From the NCBI GenBank assembly GCA_030141605.1, contig JAQGDQ010000026.1:744001-808000 (forward strand): a stretch of DNA of 64,000 nucleotides, read 5' to 3'. Positions 12,991-27,995 of the stretch are shown here, in pieces. Position 1 is the stretch's first letter; each line of letters starts with the position of its first letter. Made by a program: the position numbers and the translations under genes. Under the pieces are notes generated by a model. That model had not been told where the DNA came from. It made no database searches and worked only from the letters and a program-made list of their open reading frames with translations. Source of the DNA: Tubiluchus corallicola. Lineage: Eukaryota > Animalia > Priapulida.

Positions 12991-15422
12991 AACAACATTA
13001 CTAGTTGGTTATGGGTGACCGAAGAATTTCTGAATGTGAATACATCCTCTTCAAATTGATAACCATTCATTACCATGGAATCATCAAGGTGAATGAAATG
13101 AACCCAGCGGTCACCCACCCATCCAAACTAATCAGCGTTGTTTTCGGTCCCTAAGTAGTAAACACTACCATGACCACTCGGCTATACACATACACCGCGC
13201 AGCAGTCGGACAGCCAATTTACTTCCACTTTTGACATTTAATTTTGTGCAGATGTTTGATAAGGCATTCCTTTCATAGCAGCGTCTGTGCATGTCCCAGA
13301 ATTCACCCTGCCATGACGCTATGACACAGGACAAGTCATACCATCTCTAGAAACTGCAACGAGTAGTATATTTACTGCCTGCGATTTTCGGCATCCTAGT
13401 GCATTTAACAACTGGCAATAAAAACGACAACAATTTCCATTATAATTGTTGCTGAGCTCATTCAGTTATTGCTACAGGCCTAATATAACGTGTTACGCAT
13501 AAATTACTGCAAGATGAGTGCCGGCAACTGGGCTTATGTGCAGAAAACAAGAGACCAACACTCGGCATAACATCAAAAGCACTTTAAGGGACGACATATA
13601 AAGTGGGTTAGAAGACCCGTATATCTTCTATTTAGAAATTTTATGGTTGTACAGACAGTAAAGTAGCCATTTAAAACTGGCACAGCTAGTTCACGGTTAT
13701 AATTTAGAGCCACTAGCGAAGCTCAAAGTTAATAGTGACCACATACTGACCACTCGTGTCATCGGTCATTACACGAACCATGAAACAAGAATTAAAATTC
13801 ATGGAATTTTAAAAAGTACGAATTGAAAATTAAAACATTAAAATACACCTAACTGATCAATTTATACTGTTTAAATACGTCGTGTTCCAGCGAACCAGCG
13901 TGTTGTTAAAAATCAGGAACGCACTTACTGTGCACTGGCCAACTCCATGAAAGACGCAAAGCATTTTCGATGCTTAGCATAAAGTACTTCACGAAACGAT
14001 TTCCTCGCTCCATAAGTCACTAAGACAATTGAAACACTCCGTGAAAAGTCCAGTCAACAGACTGTGAGCTACTTACAATGAATGAAGGCTCTGAAAAATT
14101 GTGAGTTAACCAGGATTGGAACACAAAACTATGTGGTTTCAGGACAAACGCTCCGACTCGAGATTTACAACTGCCCAAATTAGATAAGACAAAAGGACAC
14201 AAGTGGAAAAATGGCCCTCACCACCTAACTGCACGAATTTTTTCAGTATAATTCAACACACTACATCCAGTACTCAGCCACAGGGGTCTATTCACAAACC
14301 GATGGGTGTCCCGAGACCAAAACCAGTGTAATAGAGCTTATTATGAACGGTAACCTTTGATAAGTCGCAGAGCTGGCAGAAAGATTCTATAGTTAGTTTT
14401 CGCTACAAAAGTCGATACTCTACGTTGTGCTACAAAGCACGCCTGACACACGATTACCCCCCCCCCCCCGACAACGGAGAAGAAGAGATGCATTTCCGCC
14501 ATGCTGAATATTCAAATCATTCTGCTGGACACGAGTCATCTGTAATAACGTAGACAGATGGAATACATTCCATGCATGTTTTGCTTACTTTATTGGCCAT
14601 CGGTGCTGCGGCAGTTTACACTAAAAGTCAGCCCACTTGACATGTTTGCTATGCTAGGTATTGCGCTAAATGGCAGAAAAACACGTCGGCAAAATAGAAA
14701 CCTTCACGTGAGTTTGTTTGAAAAGATATATTATAAATGCAGTCACAAAACAACGAAATTTCTGCACAAGGAACAGAAAATTTTGCTGCATTCCAGCCAG
14801 CTAATGTACACAGTTTGTGAATGTGTTACTACGTATACTCAATTTTCGAATAAGCGAGCAAGTGAATGAATAAACTGAAAAATGGAAACTAAGTCAAGAG
14901 CAAAAAAAGAACAAATACTTTCCACAATCAAACTAATAAACTCACTAGTGCAATTATTTAATAATATGTATCAAATATCATGACCCCATCGCTGATTAAG
15001 ACAGATCTTATTTTATCACCACCTTTACATCAAATGTTACAATGTGGCTCAAAAAATAGACTCGAAATGAGTTCAGTGTATGATGGACAACCAAAGATGT
15101 GGATAATACGGGCACTTGGTGATTTTTGCAGCTGCACCTAGTAAAAACGCCAAACATGGCTTGGCATGCTATTCATAAAAATGATAGAACGCTTTTTTAC
15201 TGTTTAGTCCAACAGAATGTGACTTGGTAATTGACTGTGTTCACCAAAGCAAACAGTGGTGTAATAGGTGCTTTCCTGTATTATCGCTATCTATAAAAGG
15301 ATACCTGGCTGTTGGAGGGGGAATCTGTAGTACGTATTCGCTAAAATTTATAAAAAACGCTGCTGTAGGAGTGTTGTGGTGCATTTTCAGCAATTGCCTT
15401 TATTGGACTAATCGGTGTTAAT

Positions 15423-15892
15423 AGAATAGGCACGCAATATAATCTACTTTCTGAGGAACTTTGTTCATGTGGACAAATGCAAGACGAGGAGTATATTTTG
15501 CTAAAATGTCACAGAACGAGTCATTTGAGAACTGAGTTTAGCCTTAATAATGTTGCTAGTATACACGAATTAATGAATTTGGAAATTCATAAAAAGGTCG
15601 TGTGCATTTGCTTACTGTGGGCAAAGAATTCCAAGGGATATTAGACGTAGCTTTGTTTGTATTGCACGATGGTTATTTGCCCAAGTATTTTTCTTGTTAT
15701 TTGATTTTTCGCTGTTGTAATTTTTATTTTATTTTATTTTGCAACAGATGTTACTAGGAATGAGTCGTTTGTGGACTATTGCTTCACCCCAAACTCATTG
15801 TAACTTTTATGGACTTGCAATGTATTTATAGATAGAAAATACTTGTCAATAATATATTTAATCTAATCTAATTTAATGTAATCTAATCTAAT
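15423..15892 (+). mobile_element. Degenerate non-LTR retrotransposon 3' fragment
   Basis: Frame from 15423 reads EELCSCGQMQDEEYILLKCHRTSHLR, a decayed RLCxCGxxQxExHxLLxC knuckle. It is followed by a T-rich 3' UTR and an (ATCTA)n tail at about 15860-15891. Confidence 0.6.
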
Positions 15893-15938
15893 ACATGTTT
15901 ATGCGAAGATATTCAAGACAGTACTTGTGCTTGTGGAT

Positions 15939-15943
<5 letters not shown>

Positions 15944-15977
<34 letters not shown>
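15944..15977. repeat. (TA)n microsatellite
   Basis: Directly visible in the sequence. Confidence 0.95.
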
Positions 15978-15980
<3 letters not shown>

Positions 15981-18900
15981 GATTCAGGTAACATAGCTAT
16001 TCTTCCACAATAACTTGCCAGAAGCAAAGCATTTTGTAAACCAAACAATCTTAATAACGTTCTTATACGCTGCGTTTTGATTATCAAAATAAGCTTTCGG
16101 CATTCCTAAAAAATAGCACGGAGCAAAACTGTAACTCAGTTGGATTACACAGTAGAGTCTTTTCAACTATATGCTTGCAAAGTGCACACCATAAACGGTT
16201 TTAAAATGAAGTTTGAAACCAGACAGAATGTTAAAATCACAAAAACTATTACATTCTGTCTGTTTTGAAAAACAAGTCAATTACTGATAAACGGTTTTGT
16301 AAAGAAACGTGGTGCTGAACTGTGAAAATTGCCATGAATGATCTTGGTAGCTGGAGCTAAATATTATTAACTCACCATTAACACTTATTGCAGTTTTGTG
16401 ACATAAAGAAAGGCGCAACAAATCGATCGCAAAGGCTTTCTATTAATTACGAATTTTAGCAGACTCCGAAGCATTTCGTTAATCAAGAAACAAGAAACGG
16501 GAAGTGCAAAATAATAACGAAAATAGAGTTGTACTACGTGGGATCACTTTTAAACGTAAACTGATCTGGGTTATTCATCCGAGTTAAGTGCTCATAAACT
16601 TACACGTATAGGATGTAAACCGACGCCATGCGTAAGCTTATTGCCCATTTGGGATGATTAGTCATCGGTTATTGCAGGCTGGAACAAGCACTGCGGTTAA
16701 AATGAACAACCCGTTTTACGTAGAGTCAAGAATCTCGAAACAGGACAGTTTAAAATATCTAGAATACAAACTCTATGAAATACTAATGTAACTGCTTTGA
16801 GTGTTTCTTTTACAAAATATAATCAAAGATACAAAGTCACGGTGTATAACAACGAGACCTTGACTTCGAGATTTCACCAAATTATGCAATACAGTAGATC
16901 TTACTGATACTTAAAACGCTCACGCTCGACGGAGGTGGCAAGCTTATTTGCCCACACACTATGCAATAATTCAAACTACCAAACCCCATTTAACTGCGTG
17001 GGCGTTATTGGACCAAACCCCGGGGTTTAACTTACATACTCAATAAACTTGTGTAAGCGTTACAGTCCATAAACATGTAGCGCTTGTACATGTCAAGTTA
17101 CTGTCGTGTAGCTCGAGTTCAGAATGGCTTTCACGGTAACTAATGCTCATTATCTGAATACGAAGTATTATTAAACAATAACCAAGTTTACTTATTTGGT
17201 TTTTACTTATTAATTCATTTATATACAATGCAAATATAATATAAAGTCTAAAAGCATACGAAAAATCACTGTACGGGCGTTGCTAAAACAATGTTTTATT
17301 ATGCTGTGTATTTATATCGACACCCTTGTTTACCACTTTTCGTGCGAAATGGGCGGATGGTTAATAAAACAATTAACAATTTCCTCTTTCTCAAGACATA
17401 TGAATACTGTCCAGAAAATTCGTTTAAATTCAGAAAATACGTTATAAACTGGTGTTTTTTTATTTTTTTAATGTTTGACAAAAGTTCGGCCTCTGACATA
17501 GTCATGACATAGAGGTAGTGTGTGAATTCTTTCGTTAGAATACCAACTTAATAAACAAGCTGGGAATGTTACTGTATCTGCTAACTAAACCTAAAATGTT
17601 ACGTTAGAAATTTATACTCGTATGTCTGGTGTTATATCATTATGATCATTTAATTTTGAATAAGCTAATACACATATATGAAAGTGATCACTATATAAAG
17701 AAGTTTGTGAAGTAGAGTCACATCTTTGCGGGAATCTCTATGAGAATTTAAACAAACGTTTCATATAATATGTAGAATACCAGAATGTGCCAAGGCAGAA
17801 CAGAGCTCACCTACTAGACAAACTCGGCAATATAATTTAGCTTCTATACACAAGGGTTTCTCAAAAAAGAAGTCTTGTGGAATACTCTTCGGCGCAGTAC
17901 ATGTTCATATCTTATACAATGTGGCTTGACTGGCTTCTGCATGAAATGTGGTTTCTCGATTCCTCTTTCACAAAAGCAATCGGTCTATGATGGAGTCACA
18001 AACAGAGGAATTTGGGAGAGCAAAAATCAACACATTAATTACGTGCATGCAGACACGAGGTGCCAGGGTCTGCCATGTCAGCACAATTTCAAAGAGTCAT
18101 CACTTCAGACAGTGCAGACAGACAGGCTGCTATGTTGTCAGCAACACTTTGCCTGCCAGCAACTTAGTAATTAGCCAGGAAGAAAGCAGTGGGTAAGGAA
18201 TGTAGCAGGCGTCTGAAAATGAGATAGCAAGCATAAACACGGGCCTGATGATTTCATTTATCTAGTCAATGTTGTTGTGCCAACAGAAACCAGATTGTTG
18301 GTGTAGAAGGACGGGTGCTAAGCTGCTAAGCAGAGCAACTGAGAGCACAAAGGGTGCAGCCATCTATTTTTCAAAGCGTGCCACACTGGAGACAGAAAAC
18401 AATAAATTAAACGCCTACTCAACATAGTGTTATTTTCATTCTTGAAAATTAACAACAACGTTAGGTTGTTAAGACAGTAATTCATTGCTGTGCCGCGTTA
18501 TTGCATGTATGAATAAAGCTAAAATTAATTTATTCACCACAATTAACTCAAAACAGCAGTGGGTTTTGCTAAACTAAGACTGACAAGATTTTTTAGCTGA
18601 AATAAAGTTCGACTTCTTGGCTTTATTTTTCCAAGTTTCTCTGACTCAAAATTGATCAAAATTATAGAATGCAATCAAACTTCAGTAATAGTCTTCAGAG
18701 CCAAGCTGGTCAGGTTAAATAAAATACCATGTTATACCTACTTCATACAATGTACTCAGTACCATCAGTCAAAGGACCAGAAACCAAAGTGACCGGCAGT
18801 CTCTTCACTTCTTTGATTAGTAGTCCTTTGACTGCCCACTTAGTCTCTTACTCAGTCAGTACCTAGTATTCATGCCTGCACGCCATCACGCAAAATGCAA

Positions 18901-21900
18901 TACTGTTCAAAAAACACTGTAAGTCAGCTGTACAATAATGCTGAGGTAATTCAAAGAATTTATTTGAAACTTCTCATCTTTGAGTCCATTATAAATTAAA
19001 ATATACAAAGCAAGCCACGAAACGATTTAATAACTTTCCTAAATTAATTTTCTTTGCGATATTTCTTGCGAGTTCATTTTCTTGACTTTCGGCTGTCCTC
19101 TTGGATATACCACCTGCAAAGCCCTTAATCAAGTTGAATGCTGTACCCCCTGCACAGTAGTTGATAATTAGATTTAAAACCAGGGAGGTTTACAAATTAC
19201 GCTTATCAAACCCCAATTTTTTCGGTTGTCTTTTTTTAAGATTTTAATTCTAAAATGTACCTTTTCAAATTTGAGTTTATTTCACACAATTTTGTAAGTT
19301 TCTGCTCTTAAATGGCTTTAAAAATATGTTGCTCATGAAATCAAACTGATTTTCGTCATATAAGCATTAGTGCTAATTAACTTTCAGAAAGCTAACAGGA
19401 TCACCTATAAAGGTCACCATCAGCTTATGTAGCCTTAACTGCTTGTCACTTTGAGGATTAAGAGTCTTTGAAAAACCAGACAGAATACAATTAGCAAAGT
19501 CAGACTGTCATTGATCACATCATCAAGCTTGTTTATCTTGTTTACTACTCAGGAAAACAACATCCATTTCCGTACAAAATCCTTGACATACGCTTCTGAT
19601 TAACTCGGTAATATGATGCTAAAAGTCAGAGAAAAGAGAGCACGGTTTTTATCAAATCAATGTCCTCTAGGAACAACTGGAGTTACAATAACCAATGTCA
19701 TAGCATGCGGCGTCGAAATTTTAAAACCCTAGTGAAGCCCACTATATGCTCAAGTGGCATTGTAGTCTTAAAAAAACCAGGGGAAAGTAACACAATTACA
19801 AGAGAACGCAATAGTTCTTGTACAGCTATATACTGAATACAGCAGGGCTATAGCAATAGCAGCAATTCAGTTCAAACGCCATCATGATCGATTACAGCTG
19901 CAATTTTGTTGGTACAATATAATACTGGAATGGTTAAGTAAAGAGCCAAAATTGCGGATAATTTTCGACGCGATAATTTGCTAGCTTTACCAGTCACGGT
20001 CACCTGATCTAACCTTTCTACAGCCATTAACAGAACAGCAGGTGCGCCGTTGCACAATACGTTACCGAAGCCCCTAATGTTAGCTCAGTTGGGTGAATCA
20101 ATTGGAGACAGTGAACCGTCATTAATGAATGAGTTGTTTTGTTAGCCATGATGGCTTCGCTTGGGAAGCTGTAAGAATCAATCTCAGCGTCAGTGGACAG
20201 TGTGCAAGTGTATATTCCCTTTAGTACAATCACCGTTCAGTGACACAGACGTGCAAACACTGCTTATAATTACATGGATAGCGTTGAAGTGTTCAGATGA
20301 GGCGGAATGTCTTCTGAGTACAAACATGTATAAGGCATAATGTGTAATTCATAATGTGTAAAAGGCGCCAAATATAGAAATGTTAGCAGTTTCACAGTTA
20401 TACAACTGTCGTATTACCTACAATTACTAATTAACTTTATTCATTTAAGTTTTAGTTCACACAATTGCAAAGTTCCCTTCCATCTATGCGCCCCTGGACC
20501 AATACCATCCAGAGACGAATGATGGCGGAAATTCGCCAGTCACTGGACAGAGCTGAAGACCATAGTTTTACACTGACCTTTCTGGTGAACTGCCTTAACA
20601 AGCATAATTAGATTAAACATGTTAAATAAACAGTGTACAGCTCCGCTTAAATAAATCTAGACAGAAGTCAAACTACCTAACGGTAGATGGCTGCAGGCGG
20701 TACTGATGATTGAAGATAGGTTAATGGTATACATTGGTTCATTACTATCCAAGGATAAATCGTAGTACAGTATAATCTGTACAAATCCCACATTCTTTCG
20801 CATTGCAACATTTTGATCAAGAATTCAAACTATAGGGGCTGTAAGAGCCCCTACGAAGAGGACAACTATAGAATTATTGGTTCAGTTCGTTCTGTCTATC
20901 TGTCTGCCAGCTAACCTCGGCCGTGGAAAAATCTAGACAGTTCACACTTGTTTATTTCACACATATATCCTAACACATATTTAAATATATTTACGAAAGG
21001 ATTTTAAAGTTCACAGTTCGGCAAACATACAAGCTGGAATCCAGTACTCAAAAGCAGGGCCTACTACTAATGTTAAATGCATGCGGCGGGACCAGTGCAC
21101 TACAGCAGGGTTTATTAGTAATGTAACTTTTGAATGATTACGATTAATCACTGAACCGAGTTGGGTGTCTTCAACCGATGAAGCAGTACTAGCAGCCACA
21201 AAAACACGTAATAGGCCTTTATAGTTCATTGTTGTCATTTGCTAGTACAGTTTAGTACAGTAAGCGGAAGTGCACAAGTGTAAGCGAACTAGATAGCAAT
21301 ATGTGGCTAGGCATGCTTTTAATCAATTACGTTATTAATTCTAATACCGTATAACAAAACTATGCAGATCCCACGCCAAGTATTAGTAGTTAGAATTTGG
21401 CTAAACATAAATTACATTAGCTGAGATGCACACTTCTTTTGCAACATGCTAATCTCCCACGGTGTGATTACTGAGATGACACACGGGCGCAAGAGCAATA
21501 AATCCACTTGGGCGAATCCCGGAATTCGGACATGTACACGTGTGGTGAAGATTTATGTACTGTATTTGTGCATAAAACAAACCGTAATTTAGAAACAGAT
21601 AGTAGTACAAATAATTGCAGTCAGATCGTGAGCCACCGAATACCATACTTTATATTATAGACAGAAGAGACATATTCGGAAGAGACAGATATAGAACCAG
21701 CAGTCAATCACTGCGGCTGAATATAGTGACCAGTGGTCAATCATTCCACTGAATCAAACTCTGTTTGCTATTTTCCTTGACTAGTTTTAGGTTCAATTAG
21801 CTGACCATGAGTGTCCAAAATTTAATTCAGTTTATTAATCTAAGAATAATCGAAGCTCTTTATTTATTAAACATTGCAGGAACGTAACATTTGTAGGATA

Positions 21901-23494
21901 CCTTACAGATTAACAGCGAAGTATTAACGAGGTTTTAGGAGACTATGTTTAATAATAAATACCAGTTTTTGTATGCATTAAATTTGTTATAATGAAGGTG
22001 AAAACCCAAAAGTTTTAATGCTGTAGGCATTGACCTTCATATTGAAAATATACACATTGACAAGCACACGTTTGTTGTGACATTGGCGGATGTCACCGAA
22101 ATGAAAGCAGGCATATGTAATCAAACTATGTAGCAGATATTTAAAAACGTGTACTTTACGTACCAGACATCAATGTCAAGGCATGGCGGCAGGATGGCAT
22201 ATCTTCAAAAGCGAATGGTTCCTGTCCGCCACACGATTCCACGGAAGAGCATTCACAGTTGCCCCCAACAATGTTGCATCCCCGGAATGTGACCGGACTG
22301 TTACATGGGGGTTTCTCTTCTGCAACAAATTTGAAAACAGTTATATTCCAGGAGATGACACGTATTTTCCCATAATTTAGATGTTAGGTCAACGATAACA
22401 TGTTTTCTCTAACACGAAAATGCATCCTACAGTTAATTTTAGTAGTCTACTATCCAATTGGTCACCACTACGTCATAACTTTTGCTCACACTGTAGGCCT
22501 AAATTTGACAAAAACTCGGTGTTGATTCTGATCTATGCAATTACAGGCTCACTAGTCACTGCGTACTTCCTTTTTCTGGCCTAAATATTCAGCAGCAGCC
22601 ATTTAGGAACACTGCGGAGTTTGAAGTTTTATATGCTTTACATTTTAATTGACTGGACTTTTGATAAAAAAATTCAATAGTAAGCCTATCTAGGCTTGAT
22701 GTTGTTTCAACAATTGCAGTCCAGTGTGAATGTTGGTGACGTATACCAACACTCTATAAAGGACTTATCTATAAAGGAGTTTCACTTATCAAAAATGATA
22801 AACCTGTCATGATTTGAGGCGCAAATTTATGTGTAATGTCATTTAAAAAACACCACTATAGCAGGATGTAATATTATATTTCACTGCATCACAGACATAT
22901 CGAAGATTTACATAATTTATTACAGTTAGGTGACTTTAATGTCTTTTAAAAATTAATAAGTACACACATATTACATTAGCTGCCAACTAATATAATGTAA
23001 TCGAGTTTTGAGCAGCACCAGCCGTTTAGCCTTGAAATTTCTACAGCTTTCAACACCAGCATAAACTAAAACTCCATTATTTGCTTACATAAAAGCCATT
23101 ATAGTAACAGAATAACCCACTCGAACACATCTGGGCCAAACTAGCTTTGAGCTAAACGCTCGCTCTGAAAAGATGCGATCAAATCTCTCGTTTTTATCCG
23201 CGTTTTATTGGGAATTCACTGACTTCAGTTTTCTTGAAACGTTAATTTGATCTAATGCTGAACATTTCGCACGTTTTCTTCAATAACCCCAGTGTCATAA
23301 ACTGTCCATTTCTGTGTGCAACTAAAATTGCCATGATGTAAACGATCTGTGGAATTTCGTAACAAGTTAATCAAAACGATTTACAACGAAATTCATAGTG
23401 ACAGGTACATAATTTCTTCGACAAACTCGATGCAAATATGATGTAAGCTGAGAGAGACAAATAGAAAGGGGCACACAGAACCGGACAGGCAGAT

Positions 23495-23680
<186 letters not shown>

Positions 23681-26540
23681 AGGAAAGGGGAAGGGCGAGA
23701 GGGCGACAGAGAGAAAAGGAGGGAGGAAACAGAGGCGAACAATGTGTTTCAAGCGTGTTATAGAACAGCGGTTATGAATACTATGTTTATAAAACCAAGA
23801 AAGCAATTCATCAGAATCTTTTAATAAGCAGTTGACAAGTTGACAGAATTATTGAAATCTACTGATCTGTGAGATTAAACAATACCGTCTTTTGCAGTTA
23901 CTGAATGTTATTTTTAGAATTAATTTGTAGACAGCATGACTTCTGTCTAAGCTTTTTCGTACATTTATTGAAAGTCTGCAAACCGAGATCCACCAGATCC
24001 GTCGTTATTCTCACGTAATAACGATGATACGGAGACTAGGGAGATTCCTGCAAAAATGTTTGCACACAATCGCTATTGAAATAAATTATTAGTTTTTACA
24101 ACCAGCATTCTACTGTATGTCATTGTTGCTACTGTAATTCCGCTGTACATACATGCTTTATCTTCCCCTTTATTATATGGCCTCTAATGATGCAAGCAGT
24201 CCAATGCTATAATTCAACTATAATTTAGAAACAAATGAATTTATACAGACTCATTAATTTTGAATTTAAGTATGACTTGTAATGAGAAGTGAAATTTACA
24301 TTAATACATTTACATTTACATCATAATCAAATTTACATTATAGTCTCCAAGAAGTCACAACGTTAAAACTCACAAAAAGCTACCTTGATTACATTATTAG
24401 TATGATTGCAATTTAATATGCTTTCGAAAGCAGCTGCAGTAGCTGTCATCGACAAAATTGATTCTACAAGTACAGTCTACAGTCTACTGATTCTACAGTA
24501 CACGTTAGGTACATAGTTCGGTACAGTATGTACAGCTAAAATTGAAATAAACTGGATAGCCGCCACAACATTTTGTTTACTTTTCATGCTAAACATTCCT
24601 ATCCACTGCGACCAAATTTTCACTGCCGTCAAAGCACACTCTCGCAGGGGCAGGTCTAGGACATACAGTTCTAAAACTGTTAAACAACTGACTAGAAATT
24701 GACCAGTTTTTTTCTGCGAAGGGGACAATTCTTTATTTCACACTTGGGGAGATGTCAAATCGTCTTCGTTTTTCGCGAAACATTTTCTTTTAATTAACAG
24801 ATTAACTACTAATCGTAGACGACAGGGTTCGCGCCTGAGTGTCTTGACATGGATATTAGCCCTAGGACATGACTAAATATACTTGCGTGCTAACATTGAG
24901 TTGAGTGAGCTGGTTGAGGTTGAACACAGGTAAAGTTTTCTTGAGCAAGATGTGCAGTGTTTATGGGAAGCTCAGAAGCTGTCTCCGTATGCTGTGACCT
25001 CTGAGCGTTTAGCATTCAGTGCTGTTATTACAACTCACCTTAAATATTTCAAATTGAAGTATTAGAAGCTGATTTCCAATTACTGGAACTATATACCTTA
25101 AGAAATGGCTATGCAAAATCAACATGTCTAAAAAGAAGTTAAATTAATTACCTAATAAGCATGATATTGACTAATCAATTATAAGACTTCGAAGTAGCAA
25201 AACTTAGCCGAATCATTCTGCCAACATGAAGTACAGTTACATCGTTTGCGAATCTCACGTTGATCATGCACAGTCCAGATGATTAATTCACCTGTCTAGT
25301 AACTAGATGAGTTCTGTCTCTTGTGATTACTCTACGTAGATTACAGGTGATTTATGAATGGCTTCCAAGTGCTAACAGATTAACAGATGACCAGAGTTGG
25401 TACTTTTCAGAAAGCATTTTATACATCTTTGGATTATGTGGGTTTACTTAGGCAGAATGAATTTAGACAAGAACTTATCTCACCTTATCTCACGTAATGT
25501 AGGCCTAACCCAAATATTACATTAAATATTACTATGTAACTGGGGCACTGTATAATTAAAATGCGTCAGGAATAAGCCACATTCTGAGACCATAAAAATG
25601 CATTAAAATAATGCAACCAGATAGCATTTTTAACAAACAGGAACGAATCTAAGCAGGAAGATTATAATTCAATGAGAAGGTGATTTTCTTCATTTTACGT
25701 AACGATCTCTTAAATACTTCAATATCTCTCATTGTCTGAAGTTAAATTTCACTGTAACTCACAAGTGACGCAACTTAAAGTTTCACACTAGTTCTTTAAG
25801 TCTATTCCCAGCACTGTTTCACCAGATATCTGAAGTTTTTACATGCAATTAGTCTACACTAGATAGAAGAATTGCACTTGGCTAAACACATTATCTTTAA
25901 ACCCGATAGTTTGTCAAAACCAAACGACTGCAATACTGATCGAAAATCATTCAAACGTAAACTGATCAAACCAAAAAATAAACTTTAGTCAGTCAAAATC
26001 AGGGAAGGCATCATTGATAAGGCCGAAATGCAACATGAATGTTGAATTTACGATAGTAGAAGCTTTCTCTCTTATTAGCAAAAATGTGTAATGGTACAGT
26101 AATGTTTTTTTCATAATCAGAAAGCAACGTCTTAGAGTGAAACGATATACTTGTACAATGTCCTATTCAAACTTCTGGTATTCATGTTAAAAACAGCGAA
26201 AATGCATCTCTTACTACGCAGATTCAATACTGATGGCAAAGTTATTGTTAAAGTTCAGCTGAAATTAAAACATAATGTTAACAAATTATAATGATGTATG
26301 AAATTAATGAAACGGAAACTTAAATGGTAATTGAAAATGTCAGTCTGTCCAGATGGCTTAAAGCAGGCAAGTCTTCTCCTAATACTGTAAATCTATTCTG
26401 CCTAAAATAAATGCATTTTTAAATAAAAAAACAGCAAATAATAGTATTAAACGACAGTCTTTAATAACAAAATGTTCATTAAAAGTATTACGCCTCAGCA
26501 AACACCACAGCGCTCTTATAATAAAATTTCAGTAGCTTAC

Positions 26541-26853
26541 CTCTACATATTCCCACTTCTTGTCCTGTTATAGGTTGCCCAAGTTTGGGAGTGATGACAC
26601 ACTTTAGGTGTACATCACAGCTTCCTAGCAATCCATATTCACCGCCACAGGTTTCGTTTAACACACGAGCACAGATTTTGCAGCATCCGCAAATGTCTAG
26701 GACGAGTCCACCTTTGCAATCCACTGGCTTCTCACAAGTCGTCTCGTCACACGATCCTGTACAGGAGTGACAGCTTACCTGTCTTATTACCACCAGACAA
26801 GTCACAAGAACTAGAAGCAGTTGATTACATTTGGTAAGGTACCGCGCTGCCAT
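26541..26853 (-). CDS. CRIM1: CRIM1-like (cysteine-rich motor neuron 1) first coding exon: signal peptide + IGFBP domain; gene continues beyond the left edge of the window
   Basis: ATG in GGC-free strong context (atcATGG) at 26853. Hydrophobic leader LLLVLVTCLVVI, then the IGFBP motif CGCCKIC and CGGEYGLLGSCDVHLKCVITP...EVGICR, which closely resembles the CRIM1 N-terminus (CGGTFGIYGTCDRGLRCVIRP...EAGVCE). Phase-1 donor AG|GTAAGC at 26540. The ORF-track tail (KLLKFYY...) is intron read-through. Confidence 0.8.
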
Positions 26854-27995
26854 GATTACTTAGTAAGGCTAATGCTCAGTGTTTGTGACTTGCCGCGATT
26901 TTTTTCATAAATATTCAAGTTCATTAGATGCGTATGGCAGCGATGACTCAACAGTTGGTACCGCTACATTAGCCACATTGTTTGCTGAAGAAAACAAGTA
27001 CCAGGTGTAATATAGTGTTTTTATTTCCCCGACTTGGCGGACAGGATTTTACAATAATTATTCATTCACCATCTCTCCTCTCATACAAGTACCTAGGTCT
27101 ACAGAAACTTATAATAATGCTTTATCAACTCTAGAGTATAATCAATGTACCTCAACGGTGACTGACCAAACCAAGTTACATTTCACTTAGAAATTAAATT
27201 GCTTGTGGCTGATATGCACATAACCAATTATGTTGATCACATTTTATGCCTGTTTACATTTTGCAACTGACGTTCTGGTCGTTAAAAGCTTTCACTGTTT
27301 GCCGGCATCAAATCACTTTTTAATAAATAATGCTTTCACCTCTTCGAAGTCATGATAAGTTAATAACTGCTTTGCTGGCACAACCTCACTACGAGCACGT
27401 CTCGCTTTTCACTCTCAAGTTATGCGCACATGCACGTTACTCAGAGCTTTGGCTCGGGGTTTACTATCACAACGATGATGGCGCCATCTCTTTTACAACA
27501 TTTTTTTAACTGCTGTACTTGTTAAACTGTGTTCACCTGTCTCGCATTATATGTGCAGTACGGTCACCCGCTTGCAGAAATGTTGACTTTAAGCAGGGAC
27601 CCCCAGTCATCCTCAACGTTGTTCACTGTCGCAACGATGACGATGGGATATCTTCATAATTATGATTGCATAACCTGTTAAAAGCGAAGGAGGTCACAAA
27701 ATACTAAAAAAATGTGTGACTCAGTAGTAGTTGTCAATTATTTGAAACCTAGAAACTAGGTAGTTTAAAAATTACTAAACAAGTCAAGCCCACATACCCA
27801 TTTAAATCAGAGTTTATCATGCAAATATGACCCATCCCGAACTCTCTAACGGAGTTAATTCGTCTTAAATAGAATGAAATGAATTTTATTTTTTGTCGAG
27901 ATACAGGAAAAAAGTATCGTTTTAAAGAGATAAAAATAAATTTTCAACTTTTGGAAATTTAATGCAAAACTGACGCAAAAAGTTATAGAACGCAA

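Noticed and set aside
20078-20150. tRNA or tRNA-derived SINE suggested by TAGCTCAGTTGG (A-box-like)
   Set aside because: No downstream GTTCRA B-box and no cloverleaf pairing.
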